Positions 1 through 10,812 of a DNA stretch of 64,000 bases are shown here, piece after piece. Origin of the DNA: Bradymonadia bacterium (lineage in GTDB: Bacteria > Myxococcota_A > Bradymonadia > UBA7976 > UBA1532); NCBI GenBank assembly GCA_046290225.1, contig JBKAGE010000036.1, positions 160,001 through 224,000 of the forward strand, written 5' to 3'. Below the pieces are notes generated by a model. That model was not told where the DNA came from. It saw only the letters and a program-made list of their open reading frames with translations, and searched no databases. How positions within the stretch are numbered: position 1 is the stretch's first letter; each line of letters begins with the position of its first letter. The translations under genes were made by a program, and so were the position numbers.

Positions 1-629
1 CGCGCGATGTTGTTGAACAGCTTCACCAGCTCGGCGCTGACGAAGTCGGTGTGCATGATGTCTTCGGTCAATCGACCGAAGAGGGCCGTGGCGGCCTCAC
101 GGCTGTTCGGATCTTGCGTGCCGATGATCTGGGGCAAAGTGCGCAGCTCTTCGTAGGCTTTGCCCTCGGCGATGCGCTCTGGGCAGAACGCCAGACACAC
201 ATCTTCACCGATGCGATGGCCCGTGCGGCGCTCCAACCACTTGCGCACATATTCGGTGGTGCCCGGCGCCACAGTGCTCCGCAGGCAGATGAGCTGGCCA
301 GTGCGCAGATGAGGGCTCACGCTCTCGAGCACCTTCTGAATCTGGCTCAGATCAGTCTCGATGTGATTGTGCAGCGGGGTGCCCACGGTGATCACCACCG
401 CTCGGCTCTTGGAGATGACCTCGGGCTCGCCGTGCACCTGGAATGCTTTGGTGGCGATGATCTCGCTGTACCCGGGCTCGTGGAATGGCATCACCCCGGC
501 ATTCACCGACTCTCGCAGGTTCGGGTCGATGTCCACCCCGGTGGCGTTGTACCCCACCTCGACGAGAGACAAGCCCAGGGGCAACCCCACTCGGCCAGTG
601 CCTACGATACAGACGTCATACTCGAACAT
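1..629 (-). CDS. Nucleotide-sugar dehydrogenase (UDP-glucose/GDP-mannose/UDP-ManNAc dehydrogenase family); 3' end outside window
   Basis: Own translation (not in ORF track): MFEYDVCIVGTGRVGLP (Rossmann motif), VITVGTP, LRSTVAPGTT, FCPERIAEG, AELVKLFNN. ATG at 629. Confidence 0.9.
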   Translation of the reverse strand, partial: MFEYDVCIVGTGRVGLPLGLSLVEVGYNATGVDIDPNLRESVNAGVMPFHEPGYSEIIATKAFQVHGEPEVISKSRAVVITVGTPLHNHIETDLSQIQKVLESVSPHLRTGQLICLRSTVAPGTTEYVRKWLERRTGHRIGEDVCLAFCPERIAEGKAYEELRTLPQIIGTQDPNSREAATALFGRLTEDIMHTDFVSAELVKLFNNIA

Positions 630-953
630 GTGCGCTCCGTGATCCTGAAGGCGTGGCCTGTGCCACTCCGGTGCCGGGTTATGCGGCGTCAGTTGGGGTG
701 TCGGCGCGAGCGGTGCTGGCCTTGAGACAGCCTCACTCGAAGAGACATCAACACATGGACGCCTCTCGACTCGAGAGTGTGACCCCAGCGGGCGGTCAAG
801 TGTCTCGGGGCTTACCGCGAAGATGCAATCCGGGCAAGGAAAGGCATGCCCCGAAGTGGGGCATTTAGCAGTGGTCAAACCTGTCTCGATGTAGGAGAAT
901 GCCTCATCTGTATAGATGTGTGCCTCTCATTCCTTACACCGAAGGGACTCGAC

Positions 954-3900
954 ATGGCCCTGAAACAGTTCTCCATCGCATGTGCAGGTCTGGCGACGCT
1001 GGCGCTGTGCAACACAGCAACGGCGCAGACGCCGGCCAACTGCGCAGGCATCCTCGCCGCAGGGCAGAGCGTGGGTGATGGCGTGTATGCCATCGACCCC
1101 GACGGCCCTGGCGGTGACGCCCCCTTCAACGCGTACTGTGACATGACCACTGATGGCGGTGGCTGGACGCTGGTGGGCAACCTGTTCAACCGGTGGGCCC
1201 AGACCCCTGCCCCGGGCCCCTTCTTCACGCAGGACATCACTCAGGCAAGCAATGGCTGGTCGGCGAACAATGGCAACGGCACCACCATCACGCCGGCTCA
1301 GCCCGGTGTGTTGAAGGTGGACGACTGGGAGGTGCCCACGGAGATTCGCTACCAGATGGTGGAGCGCTCCAATGGCATCGTCCGCAATCAGGTTGTGATT
1401 GACGACGCGGCCTCCATCACCCACGTCACGGGCCAGTTCAACGTGGAGCGTGATGCACGCAACGGCTCGGCAACGGGCTTCTCCACGCCCTTCAACCAGG
1501 ACCTCACCTTCTATTACGCCAGTGATTACGAGCACACCTGGCATTACTGGGGCGGCATCATGGGCCGCAGCCGCAAGCGCAACGGCTGGCAAATCGGTCT
1601 CTCGGTGAACCAGGCTGATGGCATCAACGGTTACAACAACATCAACGACGATCAGAACCGCGGCCACCTCAACATCGGCGTCGGCGGTGATCCCCAAGAC
1701 AACCGCGACATCACGGGTTACTGGGCCGGCCTCTGTGAGAGTCAGGGCTGCAACGAGCAGTGGGCCGCCAACCTCGGCTCGGCTACGGCCTCGTTCCGCA
1801 TCTGGTACCGCGGCATCTCCGACACCGACGCAGATGGCATCAACGACGAGCTCGACAACTGCCCTGCTGTAGCCAATGCCGATCAGGCCGACGGCGACAG
1901 TGACGGTGTGGGTGACGCCTGTGACGCGTGCCCGAATGACGGCACCAACGACGCAGACAGCGACGGCGTTTGCCAGGACGTAGACAACTGCCCCTCTGTC
2001 TCCAACGCAGACCAGCTCGATGACAATGGTGACGGCTACGGCGATGCCTGTGTGAGCACCGCCGCCAACATCGACCCCACGGCCACTCTGGGCAATGACA
2101 TCATCATCGGCCCCAACGCGGTCATCGGCAGCTACGCCAGCATCGGCGACGGCACCAACATCGGCGGCACTGTGGGTAACAGCGTGGGCATTGGCGCAGG
2201 CTCGGTGGTGCCCGACGGCTCGAGCGTCGGCAACGGCGCCCGCCTTGGAGCCAACGTGGGCCTCGGTACTGGTTGCTCGGTGGAGGTGCTCGCACGCTTG
2301 GGCGACAACGTCACCGCCGGCGACAACTGCTTCTTCGGCAGCAAGGCCAACGTGGGCGCCGGCAGCAGCTTCGGCGCCAACGTCAGCGTCGGTATCCAGG
2401 CCATCGTTGGCGACGGCTCGAGCTTCGCTGACGGCGCCAGCCTCGGCAACAACAGCCAGGTCGGCGCCAGCGCTGATCTGCTCGCCGGAGCCACCATCGG
2501 CAGCAACACCACCGTCGGCCACACCCTCAGCCTCGGCGCTGGCGGCAGCGTCGAAGGCAACACCGTCATCGGTGACGAGGCAATCATCGGCGCCGGCGGC
2601 ATCGTGCGTAGCTACGTGACCATCGGCAACAGCCTCGCCATGGGCGCTGGCGCTGAGTTTGCCTCTGGTGCCGCTGCAGGCGACGACGCCACCGTCGGTG
2701 AGAACTCCGAGATCCGCGGCGAGATCGGCAACAACGTCACGTTGGAAGACCGGGTGTTCATCGGCAACCAGAGCAGCGTCGGTGACAACGGCCACCTGCA
2801 CCACGACGTGAGCCTCGGCATCTTCGTCAGCTTGGGCTCCGGCGTCACCGTGAACGACGACAGCGCCATCTACGACGGCGCGACCCTCGGCGACGACAGC
2901 ACCGTGGGCGAGCGCACCACCATCTTGTTCCGAGCCAACATCGGCGCCCGGGCCAGCATCGGCGACGACGCCATCGTGGACGAGCAGAACACCATCGGTG
3001 ACGACTTCGTCCTGGGGAACAACAGCCGCCTCTGGCCCCGCTCGACGTACGGGCACAACGTCAACATCGGGGCCAACGTGCTCATCCGCGACAGCGCCGA
3101 CGTCGGCGACGGCGTCACGGTCGAGGATGACGTCATCATCTTCCCCGAGAGCACCCTCGGCGAGGGCGCCATCATCCGCCAGGGCGTTGAGCTCGGCGTA
3201 GAGACCTGCGAGACCCGTGTCTGTGGGCAGGTCAACGTGGGCGGCTGCCAGGATGTCGGCGCCGATCTCGCCCCTGGGGCCAGCTCGGAAGATGACTGCG
3301 CAACCATCGATGGCGATCTGGTGGTCAACGCCAACAGCACCTTCGACCCCACCACCGCTTCGCTCGTGGGCCGCGCCCACCCCGACGCGGTGAACTTCCT
3401 CGCGGCGAGCTTCGGCGCCGACTCGGTCACCGTGAACGCCGATCTGTCGGGCCTCGAAGAGGGCGACGAGGTGTTGATCCTCAACCTGTACGGCAGCTCT
3501 GCCCGTCACAGCTCGGTGGGTGCCTACGAGTTCGCGCGCATCACCGCGCTGAACGAGGCCACCAACACCATCACCTTCGAGCAGAACCTCACCGCCACCT
3601 TCGGCAACGGCAGCAACGCCGATCTCATCGACCAGACGATTCTGGTGCAGCGTGTGCCCACCTACAGCTCTGCTGTCATCAACGGCATGATCACCGCTGA
3701 CGAGTTCAACCCCGCCAATGGCCGCGGCGGCGTGGTGGCCTTCCGCGTCGACGGCACCCTCACCTTCGGGGCCAACGGCAGCGTGAACGTCACCGCCATG
3801 GGCTTCCCTGGTGGCAACTGGGGCCAGGGGAACAACGCCCCTGGCCAGAGTGGCTTCAGCATCACCGGCAGTGGCGTCTACTCCCCTGCCAACGGCGGCG

Positions 3901-4487
3901 TGAACCCTCCGGCCAACTCAACTGGTGGCGCCGGTGGCCATGGTAACAGTCACGGCGGGTGCGGCGGCGGTGGCGGTGGTTATGTCATCCGTGGTGGCCG
4001 AGGCTCGACTGGCGGCTCCACCCATGGTACCCACATCCCCTATGGGGGTTACACCATCGGAAGCGCTGACCTCTCTGGTGGCCTGTTCTTCGGCGGCGGC
4101 GGCGGCGGTGGCGGTGACAACGACAACAATGCCCACATCGGCGAGGGTGGCTACGGTGGTGGTATCGTCTTCATCTCCGCCACCGAGATCGTCGATCTTG
4201 ATGTCATTGCCGACGGTGAAGAAGGCCACAACGGTGATGGGGGCGGCGGTGGCTGTGGTTACGCCATGGGTGGCTCCGGCGCCGGCGGCACCATCTACGT
4301 GGTGGCTGACACCATGACCATCCGCGAGGTCTCCGCCGAAGGCGGCATCCGCAACCTCAACGGCTCCGACTGCCGCAGCGACGGTCAGTTCCGTCCCTAC
4401 GGTGGCGAAGGCTCCGAGGGCCGCGTGCGCATCGATGGTGTCATCAACGGCGCCACAAACACCTCCCCGGCGCCCTACCGACCCTGA
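954..4487 (+). CDS. Secreted modular protein A: signal peptide, fibrinogen-like YCDxxxxGGGW domain, TSP3 repeats, long hexapeptide LbH, Gly-rich C-terminal domain
   Basis: ATG 954 after [59 protein letters not shown]; 63 hexad-type units; GGGGGG-rich tail. Confidence 0.85.
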   Translation: MALKQFSIACAGLATLALCNTATAQTPANCAGILAAGQSVGDGVYAIDPDGPGGDAPFNAYCDMTTDGGGWTLVGNLFNRWAQTPAPGPFFTQDITQASNGWSANNGNGTTITPAQPGVLKVDDWEVPTEIRYQMVERSNGIVRNQVVIDDAASITHVTGQFNVERDARNGSATGFSTPFNQDLTFYYASDYEHTWHYWGGIMGRSRKRNGWQIGLSVNQADGINGYNNINDDQNRGHLNIGVGGDPQDNRDITGYWAGLCESQGCNEQWAANLGSATASFRIWYRGISDTDADGINDELDNCPAVANADQADGDSDGVGDACDACPNDGTNDADSDGVCQDVDNCPSVSNADQLDDNGDGYGDACVSTAANIDPTATLGNDIIIGPNAVIGSYASIGDGTNIGGTVGNSVGIGAGSVVPDGSSVGNGARLGANVGLGTGCSVEVLARLGDNVTAGDNCFFGSKANVGAGSSFGANVSVGIQAIVGDGSSFADGASLGNNSQVGASADLLAGATIGSNTTVGHTLSLGAGGSVEGNTVIGDEAIIGAGGIVRSYVTIGNSLAMGAGAEFASGAAAGDDATVGENSEIRGEIGNNVTLEDRVFIGNQSSVGDNGHLHHDVSLGIFVSLGSGVTVNDDSAIYDGATLGDDSTVGERTTILFRANIGARASIGDDAIVDEQNTIGDDFVLGNNSRLWPRSTYGHNVNIGANVLIRDSADVGDGVTVEDDVIIFPESTLGEGAIIRQGVELGVETCETRVCGQVNVGGCQDVGADLAPGASSEDDCATIDGDLVVNANSTFDPTTASLVGRAHPDAVNFLAASFGADSVTVNADLSGLEEGDEVLILNLYGSSARHSSVGAYEFARITALNEATNTITFEQNLTATFGNGSNADLIDQTILVQRVPTYSSAVINGMITADEFNPANGRGGVVAFRVDGTLTFGANGSVNVTAMGFPGGNWGQGNNAPGQSGFSITGSGVYSPANGGVNPPANSTGGAGGHGNSHGGCGGGGGGYVIRGGRGSTGGSTHGTHIPYGGYTIGSADLSGGLFFGGGGGGGGDNDNNAHIGEGGYGGGIVFISATEIVDLDVIADGEEGHNGDGGGGGCGYAMGGSGAGGTIYVVADTMTIREVSAEGGIRNLNGSDCRSDGQFRPYGGEGSEGRVRIDGVINGATNTSPAPYRP

Positions 4488-4772
4488 TCGGCGCTCAATC
4501 TCTCCTCACGCCTCCCCACGCCTCTCCTCTCTCCTATAGATAGATGCCATTTCGGGCCGTCTCCGGTGCCCGAGACCTCTGATGATCCAACAGAGATTTC
4601 GAGGCACCTCTTCCGACCTTGCACACACCTTACACACCCACCCAAAGACACACCTTGCCCCACCATGAAACACATGTATCTTTATTAGTGACATACTCCC
4701 CACATTGATCCACATTGAGTTACAGGGACGCAGACGGAGCGGCAGAGGGAGACCAGAAGAGTGGAGTGCAGG

Positions 4773-7511
4773 ATGCATCGACCATCACGATCGAAAGCGC
4801 TGGGTCGCGTTTTCGTATTCGGGCTCACAACCCTGACATGTGCTGGGATCGCCCATGGAGGACAGGGCAACAACCACTGTGCCATTGATGACACTGGCCA
4901 GGTCAAGTGCTGGGGTCAGGGCCACAACGGCCGCCTGGGCCAGGGCGACACCTCTCATCGCGGCGACGGCGCCAATGAGATGGGTGATTTTCTCAGTTAC
5001 ATAGACCTTGGCACCAATCAACCTGTCGTTCAGGTGGCTCAGGGCGGGGGTCACACGTGTGCATTGTTCGACGATGGCGCGATCAAGTGCTGGGGTGACA
5101 ACGCCAACGGAGAGCTCGGGCAAGAGGACTTCACCACCCGCGGTGACCAGCCAGGTGAGATGGGGGCCAACCTGCCCTATGTCGATCTCGGCACGGGTCG
5201 TACGGTGGTCAGCCTCTCGGCAGGCTTCGATTACACATGCGCCATCCTCGACAACGGCGGGGTGAAGTGCTGGGGACGCAACAGCTTTGGCAACCTCGGC
5301 CTCGGTGACACCATTCGACGGGGCGCCTCCCCCGGTGAAATGGGCGACAATCTGGAATATGTGGATCTCGGCACAGGTCGAACCGCAGTTCAACTCTCGG
5401 CATCGGTGACGTTCACCTGCGCCGTCCTCGACGATGGCAGCGTCAAATGCTGGGGGCAAAACCCATATGGTCAGCTCGGCCTCGGCGACGTCTCGGCTCG
5501 GGGAGACGAGCCTGGGGAGATGGGCGACGCCTTGCCTGCCGTAGATCTCGGCACAGGTCGTACCGCCATCAGCGTCGCCACTGGCACCTCCAACGCATGC
5601 GCCATCCTCGATGATGGCAGCGTCAAGTGTTGGGGCCGGAGCTTCTTTGGAGAAAGCGGCGCCGGCGACGCACTCACTCGGGGCGACGAGCCCGGAGAGA
5701 TGGGTGACGCCTTGCCTGCTGTGGCTTTGGGGACTGATCGCACGGCCACCCAGCTGGCGTTGAGCGACTTTTCGTCCTGTGCCTTGTTGGACAATGGTGG
5801 GGTGAAGTGCTGGGGCCGCAACAGCTTTGGCAACCTCGGCATCGGCGACACCGCTCACCGCGGAGACAACGCCGGCGAGATGGGCAACGCGCTGTTCTAC
5901 GCAGGTACAGCCTCGGGACGCACGGTGCAGCAGGTCGCGGCCGGCGACAATCACACGTGCGCTTTGATCGACGACGGCACTGTGCAGTGCTGGGGCTACA
6001 ACACCTACGGGCAGCTCGGCCAGGGTCACAAGCTCGCCATCGGTGATGAAGCGGGCGAGGTGATCCCCACCGTGCCCCTCGGCGCTAACTTCACTGCAGC
6101 TGTGTTGGGTGGTGCCACCGGCGCCCCCATCGTGCCCGTGCAGTGCGACGTGCCCGACAACGACGGCGATGGTGTGTGTGGTGACGTGGACAACTGCCCC
6201 ACGGTGCCCAATGCCGATCAAGCAGATGACAACGGTGATGGCCATGGTGACGCCTGTGTCAGCCCCCTCGCCGACATCCACCCCACGGCCACGTTGGGCT
6301 TCGGTGTCGTGATCGGGGCCGAGGCCAGCATTGGCGCCTTCAGCAACATCAACGCCTATGCAACGGTGAACGGCACGGTGGGCGACAGCGTCACTGTGGG
6401 TCGGGAAGCCGTCGTACAGGCAGGGGCCATCGTGGAGAACGTCGCTCAAATCGGCGAGCAGACGCAGATCGGCGCCGGGTGTCAGATCGGTGTGCTCGCG
6501 AACATCGGCCCCGAGTCATCTCTCGGTGACGACTGCATCGTGGGTACCCGCGCAGTGGTCGGCGGAGGCGCCAACCTCGGCGCCAGATGCCAGATCGGCG
6601 CGCTGAGCACCCTCGACGAGCGCGCTCAGTTCCAGGCAGATGTCACCATCGGCAGCAACACCATCATCGGTGAGTTCCCACAGATCAGCGCCAACAGCAG
6701 CATCGGGAGCAACACTGTGGTGGGCAACAACCTGGTCATGACCCTCAGATCCACCATCGAGTCCAACACCACCATCGGCAACCAGGTCACCCTCTTCGAC
6801 GATGTGTCCATCGGCAACTACGTCATCGTCGGCAGCGCCCTCACCATGCTCTCGGGGGCAGAGCTCGCTGACGGTGTGGTCGTCGGCGACGCCGTGGATG
6901 TGGGCTCGAACAGCGAAATCCGCGGCACCCTCGAAGACTTCGTCGTCGTGGGCAACGACGCCTTCGTAGGCAACCAAAGCACCGTGGGCAGTCGGAGTGA
7001 GCTCCAGGACGGGGTCACCCTCGGCAGCTTCGTGACCTTGGGTGAGCTCGGCTTCGTACGCGCTGGAGCCACCCTGTACGACGGGGTGACCATCGGCATC
7101 GACTCTCACATCGGCGAAGACGTCACCATCCTCTACAACACCACCCTCGGCACGCGCCCCGTTGTGGCGACGGACGCCTTCATCGATGAAGGGAACACGT
7201 TCGGAGACTTCGTCCGCGTCGACCTTCGATCCCGCATCTGGCCCCGTGGCACCTTTGGTGACAGCGTCGTCGTGCACCCTGACGTGCTCATCCGCGAGCG
7301 GGCCCAGGTGGGTGATGGGGTCATCATCTGGAACGACGCCATCATCTACCCGGAGACCATCATCGGGGAGACCAGCCAGATCGGCCACGGCGTGGAAGTG
7401 GGTGCCGCAGACTGCGCACTGAGAGTCTGTGGGCAGGTCACCATCGGGTGTGGTGTCATCGTCGAAGACGATCTGGCTCCAGCCTCCACAGTGGGCGCCC
7501 TCTGCGACTGA
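4773..7511 (+). CDS. Secreted modular protein B: signal peptide, RCC1-like beta-propeller, TSP3 repeat, long hexapeptide LbH
   Basis: Seven ~60-aa (K/Q)CWG...GQLG...GEMGD.L..VDLG repeats; DNCPTVPNADQADDNGDGHGDAC; LbH colinear with protein A. Start 4773 or 4761. Confidence 0.85.
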   Translation: MHRPSRSKALGRVFVFGLTTLTCAGIAHGGQGNNHCAIDDTGQVKCWGQGHNGRLGQGDTSHRGDGANEMGDFLSYIDLGTNQPVVQVAQGGGHTCALFDDGAIKCWGDNANGELGQEDFTTRGDQPGEMGANLPYVDLGTGRTVVSLSAGFDYTCAILDNGGVKCWGRNSFGNLGLGDTIRRGASPGEMGDNLEYVDLGTGRTAVQLSASVTFTCAVLDDGSVKCWGQNPYGQLGLGDVSARGDEPGEMGDALPAVDLGTGRTAISVATGTSNACAILDDGSVKCWGRSFFGESGAGDALTRGDEPGEMGDALPAVALGTDRTATQLALSDFSSCALLDNGGVKCWGRNSFGNLGIGDTAHRGDNAGEMGNALFYAGTASGRTVQQVAAGDNHTCALIDDGTVQCWGYNTYGQLGQGHKLAIGDEAGEVIPTVPLGANFTAAVLGGATGAPIVPVQCDVPDNDGDGVCGDVDNCPTVPNADQADDNGDGHGDACVSPLADIHPTATLGFGVVIGAEASIGAFSNINAYATVNGTVGDSVTVGREAVVQAGAIVENVAQIGEQTQIGAGCQIGVLANIGPESSLGDDCIVGTRAVVGGGANLGARCQIGALSTLDERAQFQADVTIGSNTIIGEFPQISANSSIGSNTVVGNNLVMTLRSTIESNTTIGNQVTLFDDVSIGNYVIVGSALTMLSGAELADGVVVGDAVDVGSNSEIRGTLEDFVVVGNDAFVGNQSTVGSRSELQDGVTLGSFVTLGELGFVRAGATLYDGVTIGIDSHIGEDVTILYNTTLGTRPVVATDAFIDEGNTFGDFVRVDLRSRIWPRGTFGDSVVVHPDVLIRERAQVGDGVIIWNDAIIYPETIIGETSQIGHGVEVGAADCALRVCGQVTIGCGVIVEDDLAPASTVGALCD

Positions 7512-7615
7512 CATCTCTGACGCGCTGATCCCAGAAGCGCTCTCGAAGACCTCTTGCGGCCTCGGCCGCCTCTGATGCATCTGGTCTCACGTCGTTCGAT
7601 CACGTGAGGCCCGCC

Positions 7616-8608
7616 ATGCCCATCTCCGACCCGCAAATCACCTCTCCCGCCCTCGGCGACTGGGCCGAAGCCCACACCGCCGGTCGACAGCGCGCCGTGC
7701 TCATGATCCTCGGCGGCCGTCAGCGAATGTCCATGGTGGGCCCCGACACCGCCGACTACCTGCATCGCCTGCTCACGTGGTCGGTGAAGGATCTGCAGCC
7801 CGGCGAGAGCGCCACCCCTTTCATGCTCACCACGACGGGGCGGGTCGAGCTGCACTTCGGGCTGCTGCGGGTCGACGAAGAGACCTTCTGGCTCGATCTG
7901 CCGCCGGGACTGTACGACAAGGCCTACGAGATGCTGGAGCGGTTCCACTTCTCGGAAGATCTCGAGTTTGGCGACATCACTGAGCACGTGAGCCTCGTGA
8001 GCGTGCAGGGGCCTGACGCCGGGAAGGTGCTCGCCGCTGCAGGCCTGCCCGTGCCTGATGGCGATCTTCGGCATGTGGCAGGTGAAATCGAGGGCCAGCC
8101 TCTCCGCGTAGCCCAGCGCAGCCGCATCGGCGGCCCGGGATACGACCTCTGGATCAGCGGCGACATGGAGACGGTCATCGGCCATGTGCTGGAAGCAGGT
8201 GTGGTGCCTGTGGGTGGTGAAGCGCTCCACAGCTTGCGCGTCGAAGGCGGGATCCCCCAGTACGGCGCTGAATACACCGACAAGAGCAGCCCCCTCGAGG
8301 TCTCGGATCTGTGGGGCATCACCGATGGCAAGGGCTGCTACCCCGGCCAGGAGGCCATCGAGATGACCATCGCTCGGGGCCGCCCCCCACGGGCGCTCCA
8401 GGCGGTTGATCTGAGCGGCGAGGCCGAGGTCGGTGACGATCTTGTCGCCAATGGCAAAGCCATCGGGAAGCTCACCAGCGTCGCGACGCTCCCTGACGGG
8501 CGCACCGTGGCCCTCGCTCTCGTGCGGCGTCGCGCCCTCGACGCTGAAGGGGTGACCTGTAGAGATCTGCCGGCGGTGTTGAGGTCCCCGGGCATCGACG
8601 CTATGTAG
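7616..8608 (+). CDS. ygfZ: Folate-binding YgfZ/GcvT-family protein
   Basis: KGCYPGQE signature; GcvT-like VQGPDA and LRVEGG segments. Confidence 0.85.
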   Translation: MPISDPQITSPALGDWAEAHTAGRQRAVLMILGGRQRMSMVGPDTADYLHRLLTWSVKDLQPGESATPFMLTTTGRVELHFGLLRVDEETFWLDLPPGLYDKAYEMLERFHFSEDLEFGDITEHVSLVSVQGPDAGKVLAAAGLPVPDGDLRHVAGEIEGQPLRVAQRSRIGGPGYDLWISGDMETVIGHVLEAGVVPVGGEALHSLRVEGGIPQYGAEYTDKSSPLEVSDLWGITDGKGCYPGQEAIEMTIARGRPPRALQAVDLSGEAEVGDDLVANGKAIGKLTSVATLPDGRTVALALVRRRALDAEGVTCRDLPAVLRSPGIDAM

Positions 8609-8632
8609 GACCTCCACTCTGCTGGAGGCCTC

Positions 8633-9382
8633 ATGCGCGACACCCCGGGCCCGAAAGACGCCCCCGAAAAGACCCCCGAAGAGCGGCAGCTCACCGAGTA
8701 CGAGCGCTACATCCGCACCGAAGCGCTGCTCAGCCTGCAAAAGGCCCCCGCAGATCTGTCGTGCCACGACGAGATGGCCTTTCAGATGGTCCATCAGGTG
8801 GAGGAGCTGTGGATGAAGCTCGCCCTCCACGAGCTGGACCGCGCTCAGGGCTTGATGCATCAGGACAACTTCCCCGAAGCCAGCCGCACGCTGAGGCGGG
8901 TGCACATCATCCTGACCCTCATGGCGAACCAGATGCGGATCCTGGAGACCATGTCGCCGAAGGCCTACTTCACCGTGCGGCAGGTCCTCGGCCGGGGCAG
9001 CGGCCAGGAGTCCCCGGGCTTCAACGCCATGCTCGACGAAGGCCCCCGCATGCGCGAGACCCTCAAGGGCCTGCTCGAGCGGTCGGGGGTGAGCTTGCTG
9101 GAGATTCATCGCGACCCCGAGGCACATCCCGCCCTCTTTGATCTCACCGAGGCGCTGCTCGACGTCGACGACGGGTTTCAGCAGTTCCGTGCCCGGCACC
9201 TGGCCCTGGTCCGACGCATCATCGGCGGGCGCACCCCCTCACTGAAGGGCGCCCCCGCGGATCTGCTCGAAGTGGGGGTGAAGGCGTGCTTCTTCCCGGA
9301 ACTGTGGCTGGTCCGCGAGGCCCTCTTTCGAGACTTCGTCCCCGGGCCTTCACTGGACGACGGCGGCTTCGACGGGCACTGA
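8633..9382 (+). CDS. Tryptophan 2,3-dioxygenase family protein
   Basis: YERYIRTEALLSLQ, HDEMAFQMVHQVEELWMK, GSGQESPGF, FFPELW. Confidence 0.85.
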   Translation: MRDTPGPKDAPEKTPEERQLTEYERYIRTEALLSLQKAPADLSCHDEMAFQMVHQVEELWMKLALHELDRAQGLMHQDNFPEASRTLRRVHIILTLMANQMRILETMSPKAYFTVRQVLGRGSGQESPGFNAMLDEGPRMRETLKGLLERSGVSLLEIHRDPEAHPALFDLTEALLDVDDGFQQFRARHLALVRRIIGGRTPSLKGAPADLLEVGVKACFFPELWLVREALFRDFVPGPSLDDGGFDGH

Positions 9383-9447
9383 TCGGGATGTGATGGCCAG
9401 AGCGCCTCAGGTGGGCGCAGGTCGAGGGCGCGTTGAGAGGAGCACGC

Positions 9448-10812
9448 ATGTCCAAGGACTGGGAGACCCTCGCTGGAGGGCAAGGACAAAAGCCCACTAC
9501 GGGGCGTCTGGGGCGAGCCATCAAGCTCGGCGGCCTCGCCACACGGGTCACAGGCTCTCTCATCGCTGGGGGCATCAAAGGCAAGATCCTCGGCAAGGAG
9601 CGTGGCGCCGCGGCCCAGGCCGATGTGTTCATGAAGAACGCCGATCGCATCGTCGAGACCATGGGGCAACTCAAGGGCGCCGCCATGAAGATCGGCCAGA
9701 TGCTCAGCATCGACACCGACGGCCTGCCTCCGGAGTTCGTCGACCGGCTCTCGGCGCTGCAGAAGTCCGCTCCACCCATGGACTGGGACACCCTCAGGGG
9801 TCAGGTTGAGGGCGCCCTCGATCGACCCATCGAGGACGCCTTCCAGTTCTTCGACCCCGAGCCCATCGGCTCTGCCAGCATCGGCCAGGTCCACAAGGCC
9901 CGACTCTTCGACGGCACTGATGTGGCGGTGAAGATTCAGTACCCGGGCATCGCCCAGACACTGGAGAGTGATCTCAAGAACCTCTCCACCCTGCTCAACC
10001 TCGGTCGGGTCTTCGCCAGCAGAGAGCGCCTCGAAGGTTTCCTCGAGGAAGCGCGACAGAGCCTGCTCGAAGAGGCCAACTACACCCTCGAGGCCGAGAA
10101 CCTCGTGAAGTACGGCCCGCTGCTCAGCAGCTTGCCGGGCATCAGGACCCCCAAGGCGTTCCCCGAGCTCACAGCGCCTACAGTGCTCACCATGGAGTTC
10201 ATCGAGGGCCAGAAGATCGACGACGGCCTCATGGCGATGACCGACGTCGAAGCTCAGCAACAGATCCTCGAGCGGTTCATCCACGCCTTCGTCTGGATGT
10301 TCCACGACCACCAGATCATCCACGCGGATCCACACCCGGGGAACTTCCTGCTCACCGAGGACGGTGACATCGCCCTGCTTGACTTTGGCTGCATCAGCAC
10401 CTTCAGCGAGACCTTCTCCGACGGCATGCTGCATCTGCTCAAGGCTTATTGGGATCGAGACGGCCAGGCCACCCGGGACCACTACCGCCGTCTGGGCTTC
10501 GGCCCTGAAGACGGCACCTTGCCCAGCGCCGAGATGCTCGTGGAGTATCACGACCTGATCCTCACCCCCATGGGACACAGGGGCCCCTTCAACTTCGGGG
10601 ACTGGGCGGTGAACGCCCAGATCAGGAAGTTCATGCGCACCCACCTCGAATTCCTCAAGATGGTGCCGCCGCCGGAGTCACTCATGTATTTCCGGGTGGT
10701 GGCCGGCATCAAGGGTCTGCTCAACCGCGTCGCCGTGCCGGTGGATGTACATGCTCAGGCCGTCGCCGCCGCCGTCCGTCGGGGGATCGTGCCCGAAGGA
10801 GCCTATCGATGA
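9448..10812 (+). CDS. ABC1/AarF/UbiB atypical kinase
   Basis: LKGAAMKIGQ, ASIGQVH, VAVKIQYPG, HADPHPGN, LLDFG; AGGAG RBS. Confidence 0.92.
   Translation: MSKDWETLAGGQGQKPTTGRLGRAIKLGGLATRVTGSLIAGGIKGKILGKERGAAAQADVFMKNADRIVETMGQLKGAAMKIGQMLSIDTDGLPPEFVDRLSALQKSAPPMDWDTLRGQVEGALDRPIEDAFQFFDPEPIGSASIGQVHKARLFDGTDVAVKIQYPGIAQTLESDLKNLSTLLNLGRVFASRERLEGFLEEARQSLLEEANYTLEAENLVKYGPLLSSLPGIRTPKAFPELTAPTVLTMEFIEGQKIDDGLMAMTDVEAQQQILERFIHAFVWMFHDHQIIHADPHPGNFLLTEDGDIALLDFGCISTFSETFSDGMLHLLKAYWDRDGQATRDHYRRLGFGPEDGTLPSAEMLVEYHDLILTPMGHRGPFNFGDWAVNAQIRKFMRTHLEFLKMVPPPESLMYFRVVAGIKGLLNRVAVPVDVHAQAVAAAVRRGIVPEGAYR

Noticed and set aside
51..725. 224-aa plus-strand ORF
   Set aside because: Antisense shadow of the nucleotide-sugar dehydrogenase on the minus strand.
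763..777. Palindrome CTCTCGA-C-TCGAGAG between divergent genes
   Set aside because: Short, and not seen upstream of the other two stalk genes; could be chance.
2070..3299. LbH region as an LpxD/acetyltransferase or an antifreeze protein
   Set aside because: Secreted context, no conserved catalytic His or C-terminal helix among the paralogues, and no regular TxT ice-binding array.
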